From positions 549,709-590,589 of the forward strand of contig NMRA01000258.1 of assembly GCA_002633005.1 (NCBI GenBank): 40,881 nucleotides of DNA, in the 5' to 3' direction. The position numbers and the translations under genes were made by a program. Positions 1 through 11,865 of the stretch are shown in pieces (within the stretch, counting starts at the first letter, position 1; each line of letters begins with the position of its first letter). This DNA comes from Phoronis australis (taxonomy: Eukaryota > Animalia > Phoronida). The notes beneath the pieces were generated by a model that was not told the origin of the DNA, did not search any database, and saw nothing but the letters and a program-made list of their open reading frames with translations.

Positions 1-459
1 TTTCTTCCAGGATGGTGCCCTAGCTGTGGTACATTACTTAAGTACCGTTCAATGGCAATCATTAATTATTGTTTCAGGTTTCTTCCAGGATGGTGCCCTA
101 GCTGTGGTACAATACTCAAGTGCCGTTCAATGGCAATCATTAATTATTGTTTCAGGTTTCTTCCAGGATGATGCCACTGCTGTGGTACATTACTTAAGTA
201 CCGTTCAATGGCAATCAGTAATTATTGTTTCAGGTTTCTTCCAGGATGGTGCCCTAGCTGTGGTACATTACTTAAGTGCCGTTCAATTGCAATCATTAAT
301 TATTGTTTCAGGTTTCTTCCAGGATGGTGCCACTGCTGTGGTACATTACTTAAGTGCCGTTCAATGGCAATCATTAATTATTATTTCAGGTTTCTTCCAG
401 GATGGTGCCCTAGCTGTGGTACAATACTCAAGTGCCGTTCAATGGCAATCATTAATTAC
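1..459. repeat. 78-bp tandem repeat, ~5.9 copies visible, probably continuing off the left edge
   Basis: Unit tttcttccaggatggtgccctagctgtggtacattacttaagtaccgttcaatggcaatcattaattattgtttcagg restarts at 1, 79, 157, 235, 313 and 391 with few substitutions. ORFs 26..499 and 208..579 are its repetitive translations. Confidence 0.97.
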
Positions 460-841
460 TGTGCCGTCGTGCATCCAAGATCACCTGCTGGTGATTTGAT
501 ATTGGTCATCTATTCATTGTGTCTTTTTAGGCTGCGAAAGAAAGTCATTACCTCGCAAATACTAACAATGATGCGTTAGCCGTTGTATTCACTTGGCGCT
601 AACCCATTTGTTCCAACAGGCAAAATTCAACATTCAGTCGATGGATGAAGTTCAGTTGTTTTCTTGAATTTCTATTTCAGTATACAGCTCCGTGGTAACT
701 AAGTGGGGGTGAAGGGTGATCCTGGTTAACACTTGTAAAATCGTCAATTTCATGATTCATGACGTGTCAGCTTTTGGAGCCCCACAGTTACATTTTTCAC
801 ACTCACTTTGACCTTGACAAATCATACCTCTTAAGAATTGA

Positions 842-2036
842 GAAATGCCATTTATGTTCGAAGTATGTCCCGAAAATGACAGGTGCATTGCAAGCTCCGT
901 TTCCAGAGATAACACAGAGACGGTATAGAGGCGAAATAACGATGACTGATAACGGTACAGAAATATGAGTGTAAAATAATAAGTAAACATGAAATAATAA
1001 TCTCTGGAAAGATGTGCAATAAAAAGTGCAGCAATCGGGTAAGAGGAACCACTAAAAAGATAGGGTGGGAGAGGGTGGGAGAGGGTGGGAAAAAGTGAAG
1101 AGAGATTAAACTCAAACGTAAGTGTTCCTGAAACAAAGGAATAACAGAAAGCATATAGTTACTGAGAACAAAGGTTAACCCTGAGACACGTGATAATCAT
1201 CAGCCTATAAGAGCCGGGAGCTGATCGAACTCATGGCACCGCATGCGAATTTACACAAACTATTAATGGACGAGACCAAAAGAAGGAAAAAGGGGTATAA
1301 GTGAGACGAGTACATATTCTGAAATAAATATATTTAATGAGTGAAATACCGTTTGTGTTCGAGTATGTCCTGAAAATGACAGGTGCATCGCAAGCTCCGT
1401 TTCCAGAGATAACTTGGAGACCGTATAGAGGCGAAATAACGATGACTGATAATGGTACAGAAATATGAGTGTAAAATAATAAGTAAACATGAAATAATAA
1501 TCTCTGGAAAGATGTGCAATAAAAAGTGCAGCAATCAGGTAAGAGGAACCACCATAAAGATAGGGTGGGAAAAAGTGAAGAGAGATTAAACTCAAACGTA
1601 AGTGCTGCTGAAGCAAAGGAATAACAGGAAACATAGTTACTGAGAACAAAGGTTAACCCTGAGACACGTGATAATCATCAGCCTATAAGAGCCGGGAGCT
1701 GACCAAACTCATGGCAAACGACAGAAACGAACCAATTAAGTGAGGCTGGAAATGAAATGTACTAGTGCGTCATATGTACAAAAGGACCACATGCGAATCT
1801 ACACAAACGATTAATGGACCAGACCGAAAGAAGGAAAAAAGGGGCATAAGTGAGACGAGTACATATTCTGAAATAAATAAATTTAACAAGTGAAATACCA
1901 TTTGTGTTCGAAGTAAATTGTCCCGAGAATGATAGGTGCGTCGCAAGCTCCGTTTCCAGAGATAAAAAGGAGACTATACAGGCGAATTAAAGGTCATTTA
2001 TTATGACTGATAATGTACAGAAATATGAGTGTAAAA
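842..2036 (+). repeat. ~500-550 bp tandem unit, two full copies plus a ~140 bp partial
   Basis: Marker tgttcgaagtatgtcccgaaaatgacaggtgc...gcaagctccgtttccagagataa recurs at ~855, ~1355 and ~1905. The downstream blocks ggtaagaggaaccac and ctgagaacaaaggttaaccctgagacacgtgataatcatca are shared. Confidence 0.93.
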
Positions 2037-3363
2037 TATGTCAAGAATCATGATTTTTAAATGTCCCGTTAAGTGCCACAAGCAGTAACCGGGACAGTTA
2101 CGATAATTGTAAACTTGTTTTTTTAATAATTTTTGTTTTTTTTTCTTTGTAGGTTCCTTTGGAGGCTACCGTGTGATAATAGTAGATGAAGAGGGGTCGT
2201 ATCAGCATTCTTGCTAATTTTGTAAAATTATCAATTTCATGATTTACAATAACTTTTAAGTTTCACAGATCATGGCACATTGTCATTCTTTCTCTTGTTG
2301 AACGTCAATTCTCTTTCACAAGTGCCACAATATTTTGGCCTATCCTTCACCCCCCTCTATGAACTGAATTCTGACGTTCGTTCCCATTCATGCATCTAAG
2401 ATCACTGTTTACTGACCATGCATCCTGCTTCACATTGCTGCCTGTCATTTACCATCACTCAATAGGATGCTCCCGGATTACCCACAACGCTGCAACATCT
2501 GCCAAGCAGTCTCTAATTTGTATTGATTACATTAATTGAGTTCAACCTTCCAATGACACTTAAAGTTTTACAGAACTCAGCTGTGCTGTGGCTGCAACCC
2601 CCAATGACAGAAAGTTGGAGCGACTTGAGAATTATTTGTGAATACGATATGGTTTCTGACATTTCTAAACCACGGCCAATGTAGGAACGCATTTTCGTAC
2701 CTCGGGGACAAAGGAGATCTCTATCCAGGCCCATCTTATTGACCGCATGCACGTCCTGAGGAGCATCGGTGTATCCTGCCTACAATCAGGTACTTAAGCT
2801 ACATAGTGACTTTGCATATGCACCAAGGAAGGGCACAGGCCTGTCAGTAACCTGCAGTTCAGATGGACATCGAGTATACTTTACACTAGCAATTTTACCT
2901 TCGCTTATAAATACCTAAATTCAGCTAAATGGCAGTGCCCACATTTTCTAAATCTTCACTGTTATAACTCATGTGAGGCTTACCACCCATGTGTCATTTA
3001 CATAAGTCAAGGTTACGTAAAGTTTTTGATGTCAGTGGAACAAGAATCCCGGCACATAAAAGTTTAGCTTCCAAAATGTATGTGTCTTAGCAGTTCATCA
3101 TTTGGCGGTAGCAAAGACCATCGTATCGGTATGCCTTTCCAATTATTTGTGCTGGAAAAGGCACATTAAAGAAGCTATGAAATGGTTATCTAATTTTGTA
3201 TGAAAATCATAGAGTAGTACTTGAGTGCAAGTGTGGTCCAGATATTCCCTTAACGCCCACTTGCTGAGTTTTGAATGTCGCAATTAAGTGCCCTAGCTGT
3301 GCACTAATGTTAATGTGGATGAGTAAAGCAGTTGTAGGTTTGGATCTTTCTGACTATGGCCGC

Positions 3364-3497
3364 CTGTCATTGACCATCAGCCAATCTACTGCATGCATTG
3401 AGGAACATCATTGGATCTATGCTTGCCGTCATCGACTAGTCGCATATCAAGTATATCAAGAAATGGCACCTGGCTGCCATCAACCGTGCATAGTACA
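3364..3497 (+). repeat. Outer diverged inverted-repeat arm (pairs with 22117-22250)
   Basis: 134 bp align without gaps to the reverse complement of 22117-22250 at ~80% identity by eye (ctgtcatYgaccatcagccaa...gtgcaYagtaca). Confidence 0.85.
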
Positions 3498-3715
3498 GAT
3501 GAAGTGAAGTTTAAGGAGATCTTTTACACGTGCAGTTCTTACTCAGAAAGGTTCACAGGCAAGTTCAGCCAAATGCTAACCATCCAAATTTACAAATCTT
3601 TGCATTTAAATGCTCTCACTTTGCCTATTGCCCTCATTTAATTGTTACAATTGCATGAGACTTTCCTAAAAATGTCAGTGTCTAAGTGAGTGCCAGTTTG
3701 CCAAAAAATTTAGCA

Positions 3716-6700
3716 TACATGTATACTGATGCGTTAGTGAGTTTCAAGATCGTGAGCTAAATTATTACGTGTCATTGTTGTATAAAAAGAACTCGAGATG
3801 TTCAGGGATACCAATCCCTAGTTTCAGCCATTCACTCTAATGGAGAATGGGATTGCAGATGGCTCTACCTACCAACAACCTGACGTCCAGCATCAGCGCC
3901 TATGATTGACATGTATTGATGGGCAAGGTAATATGAGTGTGCGTGGGCATGTTTAAGATGAGTGTGACAATGTGTTGAGGAGGGCAACGGCCAATGTAAG
4001 TGTGTGCATAATGATTTTCATGTTCGAAGCATGTCCCGAAAATGATAGGTGCGTCGCAAGCTCCGTTTCCAGAGATAAGAAGGAAATGTGTATTAGGAGA
4101 AACAATGGTCATTTATTATGAGTGATAACGGTACAGAAGTACGAGTGATGAATAATAAGTAAACATAAAATAATAATTTGGAAAGATAAGCAATAAAAAG
4201 CGTAGCACTCAGGTAAGAGGAACCACCATAAAAGGGGCGTGGTAGTGAGTGGGAAAAAATGAAGATAGATTTTTTTCAAGCATAAGAGCTGCTAAAGCAA
4301 GGAATGACAGGAAACATATGTTTACTGAGAACAAAGGTTAACCCTAAGACACGTGATAATCATCAATCAATAGGAGCCAGGAGCAGCTGACCAAGGCACG
4401 TGACAGAAACAAAACAATAGTGAGGCTGGTAATGAAATGTCCTACTACGTCGTGTGAAAAAAGGACCCAACGCAAATCTACTCAAATGATTAGTGGACGA
4501 GTTCGAATGAAAAAAGAGAGTGGTATAAGCAAGACTAGTCCATATTCTCACATAAATATAATTAACGAGTGAAATACCATTTATGTTTGAAGTATGTTCC
4601 AAAAATGATAGGTGCGTCCCAAGCTCCGTTTCCAGAGATAAAAAGGAGAGGCATATAAGATGAACAAAGGCCATTTATTATGAGTGATAAGGGTACAGAA
4701 ATATGAGTGTTATATTTTTTGCATGAGGCTGAGGGTAATTGGAATGTTGAGCAGTAAAGTGTGAATTATGAGGAGAGTCTCTCGCGTGTCCCTGTTTTAG
4801 TAAAAAACCAGATAAACTCCCGTGAAAAGGGTAAAACTTTCCTGTCAAGTTTTTCACAGAAGGATGTCAATCAAGTAAAACTAGTAAAGTCTTCCCCCAT
4901 GTCGAGTTTTCTTCACAGAGTATAAGTTTATTCTAGTAGAGATTATCGCCATTGCTTCTAACTTGAAGAATCAGTTGGGCATTAAATTCAGACGTGCTAA
5001 CTGGGTTTAATCTTGCCTGGTGGGCTGATGACAGTCATTGGTTAAAGAATTTGTAACATGTGACGAATTAATGGTGCAATGGTATGAAAGTGACGAATCT
5101 GTGAAATGCTATCACTTAGTGAAACTGTTGAGTGACAAAGCTAAATGCGAAACATAAATGAACCGAGACCACATGAAAATAAATGAACCAATGAATAAAA
5201 CACGAGTTAAGGACAAAAAACCTACCAAATGGTACAAATCAAATGAAACTATGAAATGTATAAAATTCATAGACTAATGTAATCGGAAACTTAAATGAAT
5301 GCGTAAAATATCACAAGGCCTATAGGGTGTGACGAAGCAAAATAAATTTGAAAAATGAGAAGGTAACACATAAAGACATGTGTATGCTGGTATAAACCAA
5401 TTGAAAAAAGCATGAACCTTCAAAATGTTACATCTAAAAAAACTGGTTGAATGTGACGAATAAAATGGGAGAAGTAATTGAATCCACAGAATGTGATAAT
5501 TTATGAGTGATTGAAATATCAATCAGTGAAATGCGACACAAAGAAACGTGTGGTGGCCCAGATTTAACACAACTGATGAATCCTTAAAATGGTATGGCTA
5601 AATGAAGCCATTAAGTGCAATGAAAGGAAATGTGATGGCAGTCTTCAATTGCCTTACATTGAAGATGATCCACACATCAAGGATCTGCCACCCACTTCCT
5701 AAATGTCTGCTCATGAACGGTGGCGGGTGGATATCAACCACTGCATGCTTTAAGGATTGCCATCTTGTCTCTAAACATTGGTTATCTGCATCTCATTGTG
5801 TTGCATTGGCAATTTGCATTGAGGGATGTCACTTGAAGGAGCAAGAATCAACAGCATCTCCCATCCACCCGATGCTGTACATTGATGCATGCTATCAATC
5901 ATATGTATGTTTACCACTCACACATGTAGGTCAATACTAAACAACATCGTGGATTGCCTTTTTGCAAACCACTTCCAAATTGTTGCCTAACCATCGATTG
6001 TTTGCGTATCGGCTGTCTAACTAACAAGCATCATCCACCGTGGAGATTCGCAACCATCTGCACTGTGCCCACTATTATACAGATGCCTAATATAAACCAC
6101 ATATGTAACAAACAAGACATGAACGCATCAGAGGAGTCCAGGATCAGTGTACGGAAGAGTTATGTATGTGCAACGAGTGAATGAAACTAAAATTTCATGA
6201 ATTCATGAATCTCCAAAATGAGTTGAATGAACAAATCTATGAGCAGTAATCAATAACCATCATTGAGTTGTGGTAATCTGGGGAAACGAGTAGAGTTTAC
6301 AGTTACTTTATGTGACATCAAATGGTGAATCCTTTCGTCAGATACTGTCAAATTACAGAATTCATTGTTATCACTGACAAATAATATTGTGTGTTGCATG
6401 TGTGAGATAAGCAGATTGTGCTTCTTTGTTGAATTGTGCCAGAAAAAATCGTATAACAAGCTGGTGCAACAAAATAGGGACTTTAGCATTACTTGTCAGA
6501 GTGATCTTAATACGTCCAAAGAATATACTGAATTTTGAGCGAAGTAATGCATTACGAACTGCACCAAGTTAATGGAGTCACGTCAAATGGAATAATTGAA
6601 TGAATCTGTAGAATGTCATCAAATGAGCAGAAGAATAAATGAACTATAAAATACTAAACATAAGTCAACTCAAAAAATGTTAATGAATATGCATCTGATC

Positions 6701-9700
6701 GATAAATAAGCATTGATTTCGAGTGGTAAAGTAACCATGAAATGCAGTGAATGAATGGAGTCTTGAAGTACGACAAGTGAATGAAACTGAAATTCCATGA
6801 AATACTGAGTTTTCAAGTGCAGTAAGAAATTGATCCCTGTGTTAAATGTGCCTATCAAAGGATTTATATAATGATGAAATTGGAAGATGAGAATGTTATA
6901 GCTGGAGCCATGAAATGCGATGAATTGAAACCATTAAAATGAGGAATAATTGCTTTAAGCAAACCAAGGAATTCAGGATTCGTTGAAGAGAACATTAATG
7001 CTACAACAATGTTTCCCGAAGTAAAAATCGCTTAAACATATCGCAATCAACAAGCTGGTGTAGCATAATGACAGAACGTATACATTGCGAGGAAGCAAAT
7101 TGGTAAATATCAGGTGAACATAAATATTGCAGTAAACAATGTACCCATGAAATACGAGTTAATAGAAAAGCAGTATGTGAGGTTAACAAAGTCCCAGTGT
7201 GGTACTCGTTCAAGAAACATCACGAATACCAAAAGTAAATGGAGATCATGTGTAAATTCTGAAAAGTGAATGAGTCCATTAAAAAGGCTAAATGTAGCCA
7301 AAGATATGCAGCTTGAGCATATCAAAGGGGTGATTTAACTTGTGTACACCATTGCATATCAGAATGTATGGAAATTTGAATGGTAAAATGTATCATATAT
7401 TGAAGAAATAGTGCATCAAATTAGTGGAGTCCCATGAAGTATCGCAATATCTGGAGAAATGGTGTTATCTCCAAAATATCAGAAATCAACAATAAAATGC
7501 TATAAATCAGTTAACCCTTAAAATGCAAAAACCAAAGACCCTATGAAGTATCATGAGTTAATGTCAGGGTAATCATAGTCCTACAGTGCTGCTAGTCAAT
7601 GGTGTCTCGTATATGCAAAAGGTTAATGGAAATAATATAAGGGAAAACTGACTGTACCCATCAAATGCAAGAAGATATTGAATTCTGGAGTGAACAAAAT
7701 CATGAAAAGTTATGTATTAATAGAGCTGGAATATGTTAACCAGAAAGGAAATGTACAAAGGGTTAGAAAATTGAAATGAAAAATGTATTAAATAAACAGA
7801 GGTGTAAAGATTTGCTAAACAAGTGAAAAAGGAAGGTAGGGGTGGTGAATGAGCAGGAGACAACAAATTCTATAGGTGGCTGACTTTGAATTGAGCCAAA
7901 GGGAACATGTTTATCAAACATGGCTATCAAAACTATAAGATTTCTTTACAACTATTGTATTCTTAAAAGTAACTTGTACCCAGCTTTTGCTAAATCTAAA
8001 GTTCATTCACCATCCTGAGGCAAAGGGCAATGCAGCATTTCTTCTTTTTTAATTCTTATCATTCACTACATGGAGAAGTGACCTACTAGAATTTTCTTGG
8101 GTTTACAATTAATTTATGCTGCACCAAGTGGTGGTTCCTTTTTCACAAATTTTAAAATTATGGAATTCATTGTTGTCACTGACAATTAACGTTGTGTCTC
8201 CAATATGTGAGGAAAACAACTTGTTTTTGTTGAATTGTGCCAAACACCATTGATTGAACAACAAAATGGGTGACTTGATTTGTGTACTGAACTGCTTATA
8301 AGAGTGATTTTAAAACCCCAAAGATTGCAGTGAAATTAGAATAGAGCAATTTATCACAAATTGAACAAATAAGTACATGGAATTAGTGGAGTCCTGAAAA
8401 ATGGGACAATAGAATGAGTCTGTAGAATGTCATTCAAGGAACATCAAAATAAAAGACCGGTAAAATACTAACAATAAGTGAATTCTCGATGTTTGATGGA
8501 TTGAGGATCTTTCATGCAATGAAGTGGTTAGAAAAGCCATGAAATGCATCACGTAAATTTGGTTTTGAAGTACGACAAATAATTGACATTGTGAAATTCA
8601 ATGAATTAATGAATCTTTAAACACAGCAATAAATTAATCCCCGTGTAAACAACAGCTATCAAAGGAATCTTTACATAATGTAATTGGAAACCGCAAATGT
8701 TAGGACTGGAGTATTGAAGTGTGATGAATTGACAAATTATTGAAAGGTGATGAGTAATTTCTCTTGGGAAAACCAATGCATTTTAATTTTAATACTTAAA
8801 AGGATTCACGGAACAGAATAAATTAATGGTTCAGTAATATCATGAATTAATAAGCCCCGAAAATATCACAATAAAAAACTGGTGTACCGTAACGACAGAA
8901 CTCATAAAGTAAATATTTCCATGGAGTCGGAGGGACCAAAAGGCAAAAAAATAAGTGAAGCTATCAAATGCAAAAATACCGTATCCATGAAATATGACTT
9001 ATTTATCAAACGTGATACTAGTTCAAGAGATCATGTTGTCTGGGCAGCACAAAGAAGTGATTTGATTTGTGTACACCATGGATTATCAGAATGCTCTTCA
9101 CACGCCCAAGGAATGTAGAAATACTTGAATGGTAGAAGGCATCAGGCATTGAAGAAAACAATTCATCAAATTTCTGGAGCACTGTGCAATTAAATGCGTT
9201 ATGAAATAAACAGAGAAATAAATAAGCTGTAAAATGTAAAAAAGAAATTAACTCCTGGAAGTTGGCGAATTAAAAAATCCGTAATTCGTATTCTGTCATT
9301 GATAAAGAAAATCAGTGGCTAGTGAATAAAATTGCAAAATTTGTTTGAATTAAGGAATCTTCAAAATATGTTAAAAGAATAAATCAATCAGCAGTAATCT
9401 AATAATCCATGTGTAGAATGCAACTTCAAGGGAATGTATTCATTTATTTATGTAATTGGAAGTTTAGAATGTTATAACTGGAGTCATGAAATGTGGTGAA
9501 TTAACAAACCATGTAAACGTGAAAAATTATTGGTTCTGTGAAAAGCAATGGATTCATGCAACAGAGCAAATTACAGGAAGGTAAAATAATATATGATGAA
9601 ATAATGAATAAAAAAACAAAAATCATAATAAAACGGGTGTAGAGTGATGACAGAACCTGCAAAATAAACAAAGGCATTGATTGCAAAGAAGAAAAATGCT

Positions 9701-10617
9701 AAAAATAAATGAGCCTATAAAACACGAAAACCAATGAGCCCCTGAAGTATTATGAGTTGATGATATGGTTATGAGTCCTACAGTGTTGTTTTTCAAACGT
9801 GTCACGCCAATGCAAATGGTCAATGGAAAAAAGAATAGGGACAACTGATGGAATCCATCAAATGCATTAAAATTATTGAATTCTGAAATTTTTTGGAATC
9901 GATAAGTTCACGAGAATATGTTACAGAGCAATGAAATTAAAATCGAAAGGGTAATAAATAGAGATATGGCAATTTGTTTAACAAGTGAAAAAGAAAGGTA
10001 GGGATGGTGAATTAAAAGGGGACAACAAATTGAATAGCTGGCTGAATTTAATTTCAGCCAAGTGAACATGTTGATCAAACATGGTTACTAAAACCTTAGC
10101 CTTCTTTACTATAGTATTCTTTAAAGTGACATTCGCAGCTCTGGCTAAAACTGAAATTCATTCACCATCCTGAGGCATAAGGGCAATGCAGCATTTTTTC
10201 TTTTTCAATGTTCATCATTGAGCAACAATGTTCTGCTAGCGTTTGGCTGGTTTTACGATTTTTGTGCTGCATCTAGTGGTATTTCCTTTTTCACAAATTG
10301 TAAAATTATGGAATTCCATGCTATCACTGAACAATTAGTGTTGTGTCTGCAAAATGTGAGGAAAGCGACTTATGCTTCTTCATTGAATTGGGCCAAACAC
10401 CATTGTATAACACGCTGAAACAACAAAATGGGCGACACCTTCGCTTATCAGAATGGAGTAGTGTATCATGGAATGAACTAAAGAGTGCCTTGATTGATGA
10501 GTCTTGAGTGCCATTAAATCAATATCAATATAAAAGACCTGTAAAAGACTAGGAATAAGTGAACTCCAGAAATTTGATGCATTGATGATATGTTATGAAT
10601 AGTTCAAGAAATCCCCC
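3716..10617 (+). repeat. Left arm of giant inverted repeat (~6.9 kb)
   Basis: Colinear reverse-complement match to 11848-19998. Mirrored ORF translations confirm it: 10218..10418(+) vs 12062..12262(-), 7110..7325(-) vs 16516..16794(+), 6670..6858(-) vs 16980..17168(+), 5274..5522(-) vs 18283..18567(+), 3900..4112(-) vs 19608..19814(+). Confidence 0.97.
4016..4710 (+). repeat. Further copy of the ~550 bp unit (one full plus one partial) inside the left arm
   Basis: Same marker as 842-2036, at ~4020 and ~4585. Confidence 0.9.
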
Positions 10618-11865
10618 CTTTTTGTTTCCCACCGTTTCTGTTTTCCCCGTCTTTTTTGTGTATCCGCCCTTTTTATTTTTCCCACGCTTTTTGTTTTCCC
10701 GCCCTTTTGTTTTTCCTGCCCTTTGTTTTTCTGCCTTTTTTGTTTTCCCACCTTTTTGTATTCCTCATATTTTGTTTTACTGCCCTTTTTGTTTCCCATC
10801 CTTTTTGCTTTCCCCGTCCTTTTTGTTTTCCCGCCCTTTTTGTTTTCCCGCCCTTTTTGTTTGGCCGCCATTTTTGTTTTCCCGCCTTTTTGTTTTCCTC
10901 CTTTTACTTTGTTTTCCTGCCGTTTTTGTTTGCTCCCCTCTTTATTTCCCGCCCTTTTTGCTTGCTCCCCACTTTGTTTCCTGCCCTTTTTGCTTGCTCC
11001 CCTTTGTTTCCCGCCCATTTTGTTTTCCCGCCTTTTTGTTTTCGCCGTCTTTTTTGTTTTCCCGCCTTTTTTCTTTTCCCGCCTTTTTTCTTTTCCCGCC
11101 CTTTTTGTTGTGCCGCCATTTTTGATTTCCCGCCCTTTTTGGACTCGTCTGATGCGTTCATGTCTCGTTTATTACATGTATGTTTTCCGGCTTTTTTGTT
11201 TTCCCGCCCTTTTTTGACTCCTCTGATGCGTTCATGTCTCGTTTATTACATGTATATTTTCCCGCCCTTTGTGTTTTGCCGCCCTTTTTGTTTCCCACAT
11301 CCTTTTTGTTTTCCCGCCCTTTTTGTTTTGCTGTCTTTTTTGTTTTCCCGCCCTTTTTGTTTTCCCGCCCTTTTTGTTTTCCCGCCCTTTTTGCTTTCTC
11401 CCTTATTTGTTTCCCGCCCTTTTTGTTTTCCCGCCTTTTGCTTTACTGCCCTTTTTGTTTGCCCTCTTTATTTTACCCGCTTTTGGTTTTCCTCATTTTT
11501 TTGTTTTACTGCCCTTTTTGTTTGCCCCCCTTTGTGTTTCCCCGTCTTTTTTGTGTTCCCGCTTTTTGTTTTCCCGTGTTTTTTGAAAAAAAATGGTAAA
11601 ACATTAAAAGGGGGTAAAACAAAAAGGCAGAATAAAAAAGGCGGGAAAACAAAAAGGGCGGGGAAAACAAAAAGCGAGAAAACAATAAAATGCGGGAAAA
11701 ACAAAACAGGCAACTCCAGTTATACATGACAAATATTGCATTTATTTCATGCAGTTTTCTGTACATGTCAAACAATCATTACTGTAACATCTCCATTTAT
11801 TTATCGCATTTCTGGTTTTTCGCATGATATCCATAAACCTTTTGTGAGGGGGATTTCTTGAACTA
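10600..11865. mobile_element. Putative non-autonomous TIR element (18-bp TIR TAGTTCAAGAAATCCCCC) forming the palindrome axis
   Basis: tagttcaagaaatccccc at 10600-10617 and gggggatttcttgaacta at 11848-11865. Similarity of the arm to its paralogous module (~8490-8520) fades by ~10599, so the 18 bp appear to belong to the insert. A TSD cannot be tested because the flanks are inverted copies of each other. Confidence 0.5.
10619..11710. repeat. 17-18 bp minisatellite (TTTTTGTTTTCCCGCCC)n, orientation flipping at ~11583
   Basis: T-rich units from 10619 to 11580, then reverse-complement units (aaaaggcgggaaaacaaaa) at ~11610-11710. This explains all the Phe/Pro- and Lys/Gly-rich ORFs at 10593-11775. 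Confidence 0.95.

Noticed and set aside
1-459. Possible CRISPR array
   Set aside because: Whole units repeat with no unique spacers, there are no cas genes, and the context is eukaryotic.
26-579. Repetitive ORFs including a thioredoxin-like WCPSC motif
   Set aside because: They are products of a 78-bp unit open in two frames, with no thioredoxin fold context.
3288-3301. 14-bp match (gtgccctagctgtg) to the 78-bp unit
   Set aside because: It is short and does not extend, so it could be chance.
10593-11775. Overlapping long ORFs (up to 357 aa) rich in Phe/Pro or Lys/Gly
   Set aside because: They are translations of a stop-poor minisatellite that is open in most frames.
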